From Patescibacteria group bacterium (GTDB lineage: Bacteria > Patescibacteriota > Patescibacteriia > Patescibacteriales > UBA12465): DNA of 49,921 bases. Shown in pieces: positions 37,679-46,538 of this stretch; position 1 is the first letter of the stretch; the number at the start of each line of letters is the position of its first letter. The position numbers were made by a program, and so were the translations under genes. The notes beneath the pieces are model-generated. The model saw only the letters and a program-made list of their open reading frames with translations. It made no database searches and was not told the origin of the DNA. The stretch is from the NCBI GenBank assembly GCA_050943055.1, contig JBMNOL010000006.1, forward strand, positions 1 to 49,921, given 5' to 3'.

Positions 37679-38368
37679 TTAACGATTAAATTTATTTTTT
37701 AAATAAGAAGCCAGGGCAAGATTATGGTCGTAATCCATTCGGATCGGCCCCATCAAACCAAAGACTCCGGTCTGATTTTGGTCTTTATACTTAACCAAAA
37801 CCGTACTCAGAAAGGATCCAAACGGGTTTTTAGAACCGATTAAGACATGTTCATTGTAGTCTAGACGTTCAAAAACCTGAGCAATGATTTCTTCTAACTG
37901 GTCTATTACTACCGAAATATCATAAACGGTTTCTAACTGTTTAAACTCCGGATGCGAAAAAAGATTAGCGAGTCCGGTGTGATAAACATTGTTCTTGCTA
38001 AAAGCCCAAAAAACAGCACTGTTAGATAACTCGGCGACCCGCTTCGCAAAAACTCGATAAGCATTTTCATCTTTAGAGAATAGGCGATCAAGTTCGGCCT
38101 CTTCACTTTTTTTTAGCTGGGGCGGATTTTTCTTAAGATCGGCCAACCAGAGGTTATAGGCTGCCTCGGTAGGAATGCGTCCGGCCGAAGTATGAGGCTG
38201 AACGATGTAGCCTGCTTCTTCCAGCTCAGCCATTTCGTTCCGGATGGTAGCCGAAGAAACGCCAATGCGTGAAGTCTTAGCTAGCATACCCGAAGAAACT
38301 GGCTGAGCCGTTTTCAAATATTCTTTAATTAACGCTTTTAAAAGAGTCAGCTTGCGGGGATCTAACAT
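37679..38368 (-). CDS. hrcA: Heat-inducible transcription repressor HrcA (short form)
   Basis: EYLKTAQPVSS, SSATIRNEMAELE, QPHTSAGRIPT and GPIRMDY; 229 aa. Confidence 0.9.
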   Translation of the reverse strand: MLDPRKLTLLKALIKEYLKTAQPVSSGMLAKTSRIGVSSATIRNEMAELEEAGYIVQPHTSAGRIPTEAAYNLWLADLKKNPPQLKKSEEAELDRLFSKDENAYRVFAKRVAELSNSAVFWAFSKNNVYHTGLANLFSHPEFKQLETVYDISVVIDQLEEIIAQVFERLDYNEHVLIGSKNPFGSFLSTVLVKYKDQNQTGVFGLMGPIRMDYDHNLALASYLKNKFNR

Positions 38369-38389
38369 AGAAAAACTTATTACGTCTCC

Positions 38390-38429
38390 ATTATATACAA
38401 GCTTAGCGGTCTTGTCAATAGACTGCTAA
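38390..38429 (-). promoter_or_regulatory. Sigma70 promoter with overlapping CIRCE-like operator
   Basis: On the - strand, TTAGCAGTC-N9-GACCGCTAA (38429-38403); TTGACA lies inside the spacer, then 17 bp and TATAAT (38395-38390). Confidence 0.88.
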
Positions 38430-38475
38430 GTTAAACAGATAACCCTCAATTTTTAGCTGATTAGAAAGAAAAAAA

Positions 38476-40587
38476 TTAATCACTGGTGGGAACTGAAAGA
38501 AGGTGCTCACCAAAATACCAAGTTAAAATTTCACGAGCAACCGCGGCCCCGACCGCACTACCTTCTTTACCCTCTTCAACTAAAACCGTGAGCACAATTG
38601 ACGGTTCTTCATAAGGAGCAAAGCTGGTAAACCAGGCATGTGACTCTTTTTGAGTGGACCACTGTGCTGTACCTGTTTTCGCTGCCACCGGGACTGGAAC
38701 AACTTGTAAACTCCGTGCTGACCCAGAAGTAACGGCTTGCCGCATCCCCTCACGAACAATTTCTAAATTATCACCATCAATAAAATCTTGCCGAATAATG
38801 CTGGGCGCAATAGTCTTAATAACTTCATTATTAGAATTTAATAAGGCGCTTACTAAATGCGGTTTGTAAAACTTACCGCCGTTAGCAATAGTCGCGGTGT
38901 AGTTAGCAACTTGTAAAGGAGTAACCACTACATCTCCCTGCCCGATAGAAACATGATAAGTATCCCCTATATACCAACGTTCTTTTTTAGTTTCCAATTT
39001 CCAATCGGCACTCGGAAAAAAGCCAGGAGCTTCGCCCGGCAAATCAAGGCCACTAATTTCTCCTAGGCCAAAAAGTTGGGCGTACTTGGCTAAACGATCA
39101 ATGCCCAAACCGGTAAAATTATCATAACCACCACCAATATAATAGAAAAAAGTATTAACGGAATCAGCAATGGCTTTTTTGACATTGGTTGGGCCATGAC
39201 CACCGCTCCGCCAATCAGGAAAAAACCACTGACCAACCTGAAGACCACCAGTTGATAAAAAACTAGTATTGGCGTTAATAATTTTCTCTTGCAAAGCAGC
39301 AGCCGCGACCACGATTTTAAAAGTGGAACCACTAGGGAAACCGCCTGAGATCGCACGATTAAGAAGCGGATGGTCAGGATCATTTAAATATTTATCATAA
39401 TCACTCTGACTAATACCGGTAGCAAAAAGACGATTATCGTAAGAAGGCAAAGAAACTAGAGCCAAGACTTCGCCATTTCTGGGATCTAAAGCCACCACTG
39501 CCCCTCGCCTTAAGTTCATCGCCTCTAAATGCTTACTTAAAACTTGCTCGGCATAGCCTTGGAGAGCGACATCTAAAGATAACCGCAAGCTAGCCCCATC
39601 TTGCGCCGGAGTCTCGCTGATAATTTTTTTCTGCCGCCCCAAGGCATCAACTTCAATATTTTTCTGGCCGGAAACACCGCGCAATTCTTTTTCCCAAGAA
39701 GCTTCTAGCCCAGTTTTACCTAAATAATCAATTAAGGAATAATCATCGCCCCATTTTTCTAACTCCGCCTGATTGATTTTGCCGGTATAACCGAGAATAT
39801 GAGATAAACTAACAATCGGCTCTTCGCTACTAGCCGATTGGGGAGGAAATACATATTCACGCCGAATTTTATTGGAGAGAAAAACCCCTGGCACTTCCGG
39901 TAATTTAAGAGCTAAAAGTAAAGCCCGATCGTAATCTAAATTATCCTTAACAAACAAGGGCTGATAAGACTCAAGCGAGCCAATTATAACTTCATCTAAA
40001 AGACTTTTAATTAAAAAATATGAAGGATAATCTTTAACTAAAGTTAAATCACCTAACTGCTCCGTCGGAATATTCTCTTCTCCTCGACTAAGAGCATCTA
40101 AATCACCATCAAGCCAATAGGCCAAACGCCGGATTAACTGATCACGAGTCTCCTCGTCACGAGGCAACTCAATTGGTCGTAAGTAGAGAACAAAATTCGC
40201 AGCATTATTAACCAGCTGAGTCATGTCACGATCATAAATGATGCCACGCCTGGCTTCAACAGTCTCGGTCCGTAAGCGATTACCCTCCGCTAAAGAATAG
40301 TAATAATCCCCCTTAACAACCTGAAGCCAAAAAGAGCGCCCCACCAAAATTGAGAAAAAAAGAAACAAGGCGATAGCAATAATTGGTAATTTAGCAAAAT
40401 CAAAAGTCTGGCCAACAAATTCTTTGCTACCGTTATCCGCTAAAAAAGAGCGCTCCGTCCAATCGGAATAATAATAATTATCTTCCAGCTGGCCAAAAGA
40501 GTACCCGCCTTCTTGAGTTACAAAAGGGTTATTACTACCCCCCGAACCCTTTTTCTTATTCTGAAAATGATGTCTTAAAAACCTCAT
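38476..40587 (-). CDS. mrdA: Penicillin-binding protein 2
   Basis: RGIIYDR, LGKTGLE, PSGSTFK (SxxK), SVN (SxN) and AKTGTAQ (KTG). Confidence 0.93.
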   Translation of the reverse strand: MRFLRHHFQNKKKGSGGSNNPFVTQEGGYSFGQLEDNYYYSDWTERSFLADNGSKEFVGQTFDFAKLPIIAIALFLFFSILVGRSFWLQVVKGDYYYSLAEGNRLRTETVEARRGIIYDRDMTQLVNNAANFVLYLRPIELPRDEETRDQLIRRLAYWLDGDLDALSRGEENIPTEQLGDLTLVKDYPSYFLIKSLLDEVIIGSLESYQPLFVKDNLDYDRALLLALKLPEVPGVFLSNKIRREYVFPPQSASSEEPIVSLSHILGYTGKINQAELEKWGDDYSLIDYLGKTGLEASWEKELRGVSGQKNIEVDALGRQKKIISETPAQDGASLRLSLDVALQGYAEQVLSKHLEAMNLRRGAVVALDPRNGEVLALVSLPSYDNRLFATGISQSDYDKYLNDPDHPLLNRAISGGFPSGSTFKIVVAAAALQEKIINANTSFLSTGGLQVGQWFFPDWRSGGHGPTNVKKAIADSVNTFFYYIGGGYDNFTGLGIDRLAKYAQLFGLGEISGLDLPGEAPGFFPSADWKLETKKERWYIGDTYHVSIGQGDVVVTPLQVANYTATIANGGKFYKPHLVSALLNSNNEVIKTIAPSIIRQDFIDGDNLEIVREGMRQAVTSGSARSLQVVPVPVAAKTGTAQWSTQKESHAWFTSFAPYEEPSIVLTVLVEEGKEGSAVGAAVAREILTWYFGEHLLSVPTSD

Positions 40588-40717
40588 AAGTCTTATAATA
40601 ATAGCGAGGAGGTTTTAAAAAAGCAATTATCTAAAAATTAAAAAGCTTAATCTTTAACTTTTATTAAGCATGATTGTTTTATAATAAAAAAGGAATGTTA
40701 AATTATTAGCGGAGCAT

Positions 40718-41419
40718 ATGAAAATACTTTTAATCGAAGATGATTTTTTTGTTGCGAAAAACTTAATCTTATTTTTAAAAGAAAAAGGACATTACTTAAA
40801 TTGGGCTAAAAATGGAAAAATCGGTTTGGAGCTGGCGCAAAAAGAAAACTATCATCTAATTATTACCGACTATTTACTCCCCTGCCTAAATGGTCAAGAG
40901 TTAATCAATCGCTTGCGCGCTGAGGGTTACAATAAGCCAATTATGGTGATCTCGGTCTGCAAAGAAGCGGAAGATAAAGCGAAACTTTTAAATGAGGGCG
41001 CTGACGATTACTTAGCCAAGCCTTTCCTCTTAATTGAACTAGAAGCAAAAATAGGCGCTTTATCCAGGCGGCAAGCGGCAACGGAAGCTAATCTTTACTA
41101 TGACTCCGAATTAGTATTAAATCTCGCCAAAAGGGAGCTGTGTTACCAAAACCAAAAAACAACTCTGACCAATAAAGAGTTCTTACTGTTGAAATTTTTA
41201 ATGACTAACCCGGGACGAATATTATCCTGCCAAGAAATATGTGAACAGGCTTGGGAGGAAGAAAGTTTTTGCCGCCACAATTTAGTCGAGGTATACATTT
41301 TAAAACTACGAGAAAAACTAAAACAAAAAAAACCAGCTCTAATTGAAACGGTCCCTGGTCGAGGCTATCGGTGGCGAGAAAAAAGCTCAGAAAAAATTAG
41401 CCCCTTTCATTTTTACTAA
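40718..41419 (+). CDS. OmpR/PhoB family response regulator
   Basis: IEDD, LIITD phosphoacceptor, ADDYLAKPF and winged-helix LTNKEF...ETVPGRGY. Confidence 0.9.
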   Translation: MKILLIEDDFFVAKNLILFLKEKGHYLNWAKNGKIGLELAQKENYHLIITDYLLPCLNGQELINRLRAEGYNKPIMVISVCKEAEDKAKLLNEGADDYLAKPFLLIELEAKIGALSRRQAATEANLYYDSELVLNLAKRELCYQNQKTTLTNKEFLLLKFLMTNPGRILSCQEICEQAWEEESFCRHNLVEVYILKLREKLKQKKPALIETVPGRGYRWREKSSEKISPFHFY

Positions 41420-42358
41420 TTATCGACAATCAAGACCCATTCTTAAGGATTTTAAATTATTACGCATTAAGCTTAAAAATGTCACCCCCGAAATGGGGTC
41501 AAAACGACCAACATTATGAGCCGCATTTAAAGCCAACAACTCCACCCCGGCGCCACGCCGCATTAGCGAACCTAAATAAGGCATAATTAACTCCTCAAAA
41601 AAAATATAAGGCTGGCCACTAGCTTTTAATTCATCACTGAGAGTCAGAACAAGCTCAGTATTGACACTATTATCAGGGACAAAGCCTTGAAGCGCTTGGT
41701 AATTTAAATTATAACGTCGGGCCAAGTAAGCAAAAGTATCATGGCCGGCAACAATCAGATCGCGCCAGCGGCAATCGCTTAAACCGGCGGCAAATTCTTG
41801 ATCCAACTGCTCTAATTCTTTCTGATAAGCCGCTGCTCGTGCCTCATAATCGGCGGCGAAAGCCGGATCAAGTTCCTGATAAGCATCCTTGACTCTTTCG
41901 ACCATCACAGCCGCTAAAGAAAAATCTAACCAAACATGAGGATCATTATCGGAAGATTCCAAGCCCACCCCGACCGTAACCTTATTAACAGTTTTTAGTT
42001 CGCTAGCCCAGGGTTCTAAAATATCTGAGGTATATAAAAATAGAGCCGATTGTTCAATCTCTGCCAGTGTTTCGGCTGTAGGTCTAAAACTATGAAGCTC
42101 AACACTGGGAGGCAAAATCAAACTAACGGCAGCCTGATCACCGCCGACTATGCGCGCAAATTCAAAAACCGGAAAAGAGGCGGTAGTGACGATCAAGCGT
42201 CCAGAAGAATCTCTTGAGACTGGTGTCTGAACCACCGACTGATTAGTTTTTTTTAAAAAAAATAAGTAAGCAAAAAGCGTCAATAAAATTAAGAAAACAA
42301 AACCTAAAAACCAAAAGAGCCACCGCTTAGTTTTATTTTTTTCTGCCTTAGTTACCAT
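41420..42358 (-). CDS. Zn/Mn ABC transporter substrate-binding protein (ZnuA/AdcA family)
   Basis: ELHSF, DPHVW, GHDTFAYLA and FFEE metal ligands; N-terminal membrane anchor. Confidence 0.85.
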   Translation of the reverse strand: MVTKAEKNKTKRWLFWFLGFVFLILLTLFAYLFFLKKTNQSVVQTPVSRDSSGRLIVTTASFPVFEFARIVGGDQAAVSLILPPSVELHSFRPTAETLAEIEQSALFLYTSDILEPWASELKTVNKVTVGVGLESSDNDPHVWLDFSLAAVMVERVKDAYQELDPAFAADYEARAAAYQKELEQLDQEFAAGLSDCRWRDLIVAGHDTFAYLARRYNLNYQALQGFVPDNSVNTELVLTLSDELKASGQPYIFFEELIMPYLGSLMRRGAGVELLALNAAHNVGRFDPISGVTFLSLMRNNLKSLRMGLDCR

Positions 42359-42360
42359 AA

Positions 42361-43455
42361 TTACTTAAGATCAAAAACCGGAATTTCTGACCGGTTAAAA
42401 GTTCGTAAAGGTGGCCCCCAAGTGCCAACTCCCGAGCTAGTATAGAGCTTTAAATCACCAATCTTATGCCAGCCGTAATGATAGGGACCAAAAACCAAGC
42501 GCGTCATAACATTCAAAGGGAAAAGTTGCCCTCGATGAGTGTGACCTGATAATTGCCAGTCCACACCCAATAACTGAGCCTCCTCAAAATCTTCAGGAAC
42601 ATGTTTTAACAATAACCGCGGCTGACCTTCATCGGGAGCTAAATTATTTATTTCCGGACGAACATAAACATCGGCAGTCTCCTCATGATAAGACCAGCCA
42701 ATAACTTCTAAACCATCAAGCATTACCGCCCGATCGTTTAAAACAATAATCCCCTCCTCTTGCAGCATTTTTTCCAGGGTGGACTCAGCCACATTTAAAT
42801 AATACTCATGATTACCAAAAACAAACAAAACGCCGTCGGTCGCCTCCAGTTTTCCTAACTGTTTAACAAAACTAGCGATATCCACCGGCTTGCCATCAAA
42901 AACATCACCGGTCAAAACTAAGAGATCGGGCTCGAGATTATTAACACGTTCTACCAAGTCAGCTAAAAAGCGCGGCCCATAGACACCTTCATCTAAATGG
43001 ATATCCGATAATTGAATAATTCTTTTTCCTTGCCAATACGAAGGGAGATTATCTAAAGCGACTTCAAAATGGACTACTTTAGGGGACAAAGCTTGAAAGA
43101 GACCAATTAAGGAAATAATTAAAGCCACCAAAAAACCAAGACCGGAGAGTAAGCGCCAATTAGCTTTTAAAGGAGTTTTTTTTAAAAGCGCTAGCAGTAT
43201 AGCCGCTCCTAATAAATAAAAAAGTAAGCCCGCCCAAAGAGAAAAAAATACTGCCAGCCATTGTATTAAATAAGAGTCATTGACCCGAGACCAAGGGAAA
43301 AAAATAAAAAAACCAGAAACCAAAAGAAAAATCAAACTAGCGGCAATAATTTTTCCAAAACGAGTTAACTTTAATAAATCAGCAAATAAAAGAGCAATTA
43401 GATAAATACCTAATAAAATCAGAATCCCAAATAGGGCTAAAAAAGGAAAAGGCAT
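42361..43455 (-). CDS. Membrane metallophosphoesterase (YkuE/YaeI family)
   Basis: Four N-terminal TM helices; SDIH, TGD, GNHE and SGHTHRGQ. Confidence 0.9.
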   Translation of the reverse strand: MPFPFLALFGILILLGIYLIALLFADLLKLTRFGKIIAASLIFLLVSGFFIFFPWSRVNDSYLIQWLAVFFSLWAGLLFYLLGAAILLALLKKTPLKANWRLLSGLGFLVALIISLIGLFQALSPKVVHFEVALDNLPSYWQGKRIIQLSDIHLDEGVYGPRFLADLVERVNNLEPDLLVLTGDVFDGKPVDIASFVKQLGKLEATDGVLFVFGNHEYYLNVAESTLEKMLQEEGIIVLNDRAVMLDGLEVIGWSYHEETADVYVRPEINNLAPDEGQPRLLLKHVPEDFEEAQLLGVDWQLSGHTHRGQLFPLNVMTRLVFGPYHYGWHKIGDLKLYTSSGVGTWGPPLRTFNRSEIPVFDLK

Positions 43456-43515
43456 AAAGGCTAGAAATTAGTAACAATAAGTCTATTATAACAAAATCTT
43501 TGAATAATAACATCT

Positions 43516-44160
43516 ATGCATTTAATGGTTTTTAGCTTCGGTGGCTGGCCTAATTTTCTAGAAAAATTAGGTGCTACTTTGGAACGCGGCGATCCTAATA
43601 AAAACGAGATTTTTACTCCCCCTGAAAGCGAAGTGATAATAATTATTCCGGGGGAAAAGCAGGCAGCCGCCGGCAGTTTATGTCGGCGCCTGAGGAAAGC
43701 CAAGATATTTTTGCCAATACTAGTAATTGCTAAGAAAATCAGTTTAGTGCAGGGAGAAAATTTTATTAAATATGGAGCCGATGATTATTTACAAGGCGAC
43801 TGGAAGTTAATTGAGCTTCAAGCTCGCCTCGAGGCCCTACGCAGGCGACCGCAAGTCTTTATTGGCTCTCCTTTAAAAATAAAAAATCTAAAAATTGATT
43901 TTTTTAAACGACAAGCCAGTGTCAATCAAGAGGTTTTGCTTCTGACGCCTAAAGAATTTGATATTTTAGAATACCTAGGCAAGAACCAACATCGCCTGGT
44001 TAATCGGGAGGAATTAAGCCTTGAGCTTTGGGCCAGCAATTTTAACGATTTTTCACAAACGGTTAACAGCCACCTTTATAATTTGCGGTCGAAATTAAAA
44101 AAGAGCGATGCCAATGTTAAAATCACCACCGTTTTCGGGGGCGGTTATTTTTTAAAGTAA
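43516..44160 (+). CDS. OmpR-type regulator with degenerate (pseudo-)receiver domain
   Basis: Intact wHTH (LTPKEFDIL, VNSHLYNLRSKL, TVFGGGY); the receiver keeps GADDY but lacks the acidic pocket, phospho-Asp and KP. Confidence 0.78.
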   Translation: MHLMVFSFGGWPNFLEKLGATLERGDPNKNEIFTPPESEVIIIIPGEKQAAAGSLCRRLRKAKIFLPILVIAKKISLVQGENFIKYGADDYLQGDWKLIELQARLEALRRRPQVFIGSPLKIKNLKIDFFKRQASVNQEVLLLTPKEFDILEYLGKNQHRLVNREELSLELWASNFNDFSQTVNSHLYNLRSKLKKSDANVKITTVFGGGYFLK

Positions 44161-44170
44161 GTTTAAAAAT

Positions 44171-45043
44171 ATGAAATTTTTTGTTCTTTATTTTTTTTCC
44201 AGCAGCCTCATTATCCTCGCCATTTTATTTTTTCAGCACCAACATTTTAAGAAAAAACTCTTTAAAAAAGAAGAAGCCTTTAAAGACCAAATCCATCAAG
44301 CTTTATTGGACTTTAAAAAAAATAAAGCTAAAGAGTTAGAAAATTATCACTGCCTAGCTGAGGTTGGCCGCCTGACCAGCGGAATCCTTCATGATCTCGT
44401 TAACCCGTTGACAGCTCTAATTCTAAACCTAGAGCAAACCCGCTTTTCTAATTTAAGTGAAATCAAGGTGGACGAATGGGAGCAAAAACTAAATGAAGGC
44501 AGCATTTTATGCGACCGGATGACGCGGCTCATAAAAGCCGCCAGTAAACAGCTTAGCGCTCAAGCGGAAGAGAAAGACTGGTTTTTGATTAATGAAGAAA
44601 TAATTAATGTTTTAAATCTTCTTAATTATAAAGCCCAGCTCCATCAGGTAAACTTGCGCAGTAATTTAGAGGAAAATCTATTTTTAAATAATAACTCTAT
44701 AAAGTTTAACCGAATTATCTCTAATTTGGTTAGCAATGCGATTGAGGCAGTCGATACTAATAAAAAATCTTCTTGGGTAGAAATAAAAACTCGCGCCGCT
44801 AACGATCACTTGCTAATAACTATTACCGACAATGGCTTAGGTTTTCCTAACCACCTAAAAGATAAACTATTTGAACCGTTCTTTAGCACTAAAGGCGGCG
44901 GCCACAATTTAGGCTTAGGCCTAGCCATTGTTTTGGATTTAGTCAAAAAAGATTTTTCCGGCGACTTGCGCGTTGTCAGTGCGGCGGGAAAATTTACCAG
45001 CTTCACTATTGATTTACCCCTAAACAAAAAGACCTCAGAGTAG
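44171..45043 (+). CDS. Sensor histidine kinase (one TM, HisKA + HATPase_c)
   Basis: H-box GILHDLVNP, N-box NLVSNAIEA, DNGLG, FEPFFSTK and GLGLAIV. Confidence 0.9.
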   Translation: MKFFVLYFFSSSLIILAILFFQHQHFKKKLFKKEEAFKDQIHQALLDFKKNKAKELENYHCLAEVGRLTSGILHDLVNPLTALILNLEQTRFSNLSEIKVDEWEQKLNEGSILCDRMTRLIKAASKQLSAQAEEKDWFLINEEIINVLNLLNYKAQLHQVNLRSNLEENLFLNNNSIKFNRIISNLVSNAIEAVDTNKKSSWVEIKTRAANDHLLITITDNGLGFPNHLKDKLFEPFFSTKGGGHNLGLGLAIVLDLVKKDFSGDLRVVSAAGKFTSFTIDLPLNKKTSE

Positions 45044-45074
45044 AGGTCTAGTTAGTTAATTAATTACTTAAAAA

Positions 45075-45417
45075 AACAATTGTTTTAATTCTGTAAAAAT
45101 TTACTCTTTTTTTGGTGCTCACCAATACCAACACGCCCAAAAATATTAGAAGCGCTATAACAGTTGGTGATAATAACAGCGGGAATACTCCCCCTTAAAA
45201 CCGCTCTCGGCGAGATGTTTGTAAAGAATCGCACCATAAGCCCAAACCAACGCTAGGACATAAGCACTGGAGTGATCTTTAAGTGTGCGCCAGGAGCTAA
45301 TACCCCCCCCACCACCAGTAAAATTGCAACTGTCCAAAAAACTTCAGAAAGACCAAATCTATTCCAGCCGATTTTTACCAAAAAAACAGTAATATTAGCA
45401 ATGGCGGCCACCGTAAT
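45075..45417 (-). pseudogene. Frameshifted 3' fragment of a Trp-rich (TspO-like) membrane protein gene
   Basis: Joined frames read ITVAAIANITVFLVKIGWNRFGLSEVFWTVAILLVVGG / WRTLKDHSSAYVLALVWAYGAILYKH...GFKGEY / PAVII / VIALLIFLGVLVL. One frameshift is at a G8 run (45303-45310) and the 5' end is missing. Confidence 0.55.
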
Positions 45418-45509
45418 CGCAATAGTTCAATAGCTTGGCCAGGCCTGCCCCAAAAACCATATCAACCTGTCTAAAGTATAAAAAAACAAGCTATTAGCTT
45501 GTTTTTTAT

Positions 45510-45700
45510 TGGGTGCTCGGGGACAAAGATTTTCGCCCTCACCCGCTCGCAGAAATCGGGCGGGCTCGCTTGTCCAGACCGGCCGCTGAGCCCTACGCCA
45601 GCTCGGGCTCAGCATCGCTCCCCTTTTCGCTCGCGCTTCCGCTCTCGCTCAAGACTCGCTCGCCGCTTGTTCGAATCCCCGCCTCTTCGAGGCGTACCCA
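45510..45700 (-). repeat. GC-rich structured non-coding element, copy B
   Basis: Terminal pairing tgggt/accca and gggga/tcccc; nested stems ggacaa/ttgtcc, cccgctcg/cgggcggg, gctgagccc/gggctcagc and gcctc/gaggc; shares ordered motifs with 1-115; flanked by hairpins at 45481-45507 and 45698-45736. Confidence 0.6.
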
Positions 45701-45809
45701 AAATAAAAAACTGCATTTGCAGTCTTTTATTTTTGGTGCTCGAGGTCGCGGACGATGTTCGAACTAGTGTGGCTAAGTTCTGATGAAAATATAGGGCTTG
45801 ATCCTATTA

Positions 45810-46207
45810 TTAATCTAAACACATTGATTCTTTTGAGACTGTGCCCATAATTACTTGCTTAACACAGCCAGTTATTGGTTCATCAGGATAGCAAGTTCCC
45901 GTTATATTTATCAAAGGGCTGTCAATAAGATTGATTTTTTGTTCTTCAGTTAATGTCGGCGGAAAACAAACTCCACTTTTACACTGCCCCCATCAGTACA
46001 TATCTCACCAGCCTCTTTATAAGAAACTAAGCATTTATTTTGTTCTACAGACCAATCACCTCCGACGCTTTCACAGCCCTGTTTATTTTTTTGAGGATTG
46101 TTTGCCGGTAATGAATTATAAATAAAACCCAAAATAATTCCCAATAATATAATAATCACTATCACCCCACATATTATCAGAATTTTATTAGAGTTATTTT
46201 TCTTCAT
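45810..46207 (-). pseudogene. Membrane-anchored Cys-rich protein interrupted by a frameshift in a G5 run
   Basis: Adding one G at 45987-45991 joins ...EAGEICTDGG to QCKSGVCFPPTL...GTCYPDEPITGCVKQVIMGTVSKESMCLD*. Confidence 0.7.
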
Positions 46208-46245
46208 ACTGTTTCATAATTATTATATTATTAAAACAGGCAGAA

Positions 46246-46515
46246 TCAGTCCCTGGTATTAGGATTAATTTGAGTAGCCAGTATTATTTTTTTAACCAAA
46301 TCTTTGCTTGAAGTACTATTATCATAAGTTACATCCATGTCATCAGCAATAAATTTTAATCTTTCTAAAGAAAGTTCGTCTTCTTTTTCTGCAAGTGATT
46401 CGAGAAATTTAAAATTTGGTTGACCGTGTTCATTGCGCCATGCCTCTATTTTTTCTTTTTCCTGTTTACTCGATGTATCGTTTTCGTTTGTAAAGTCATT
46501 ATTATCTTATTCCAT
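46246..46515 (-). pseudogene. Small acidic protein gene with an in-frame TAA at codon 3
   Basis: ATG GAA TAA, then an open frame DNNDFTNEND...AWRNEHGQPNFKFLESLAEKEDELSLERLKFIADDMDV...NTRD* that fills the intergenic gap. Confidence 0.6.
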
Positions 46516-46538
46516 AAATTTTTATATTATTTATTACA

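Noticed and set aside
45108-45124. Third TGGTGCTC motif resembling the att-like scars
   Set aside because: It falls inside the coding remnant (VLVSTKK) of the TspO-like pseudogene and has no strong preceding hairpin; likely chance.
45427-45783. Arg/Ser/Pro-rich ORFs 45427-45615, 45499-45783 and 45513-45767
   Set aside because: By-products of the GC-rich structured element with low-complexity translations; only the short terminal DDVRT tail is kept as a possible scar.
46507-46509. In-frame TAA as evidence of an alternative genetic code
   Set aside because: Conserved genes translate fully under code 11 and TAA is their most common stop; a single nonsense mutation or sequencing error is simpler.
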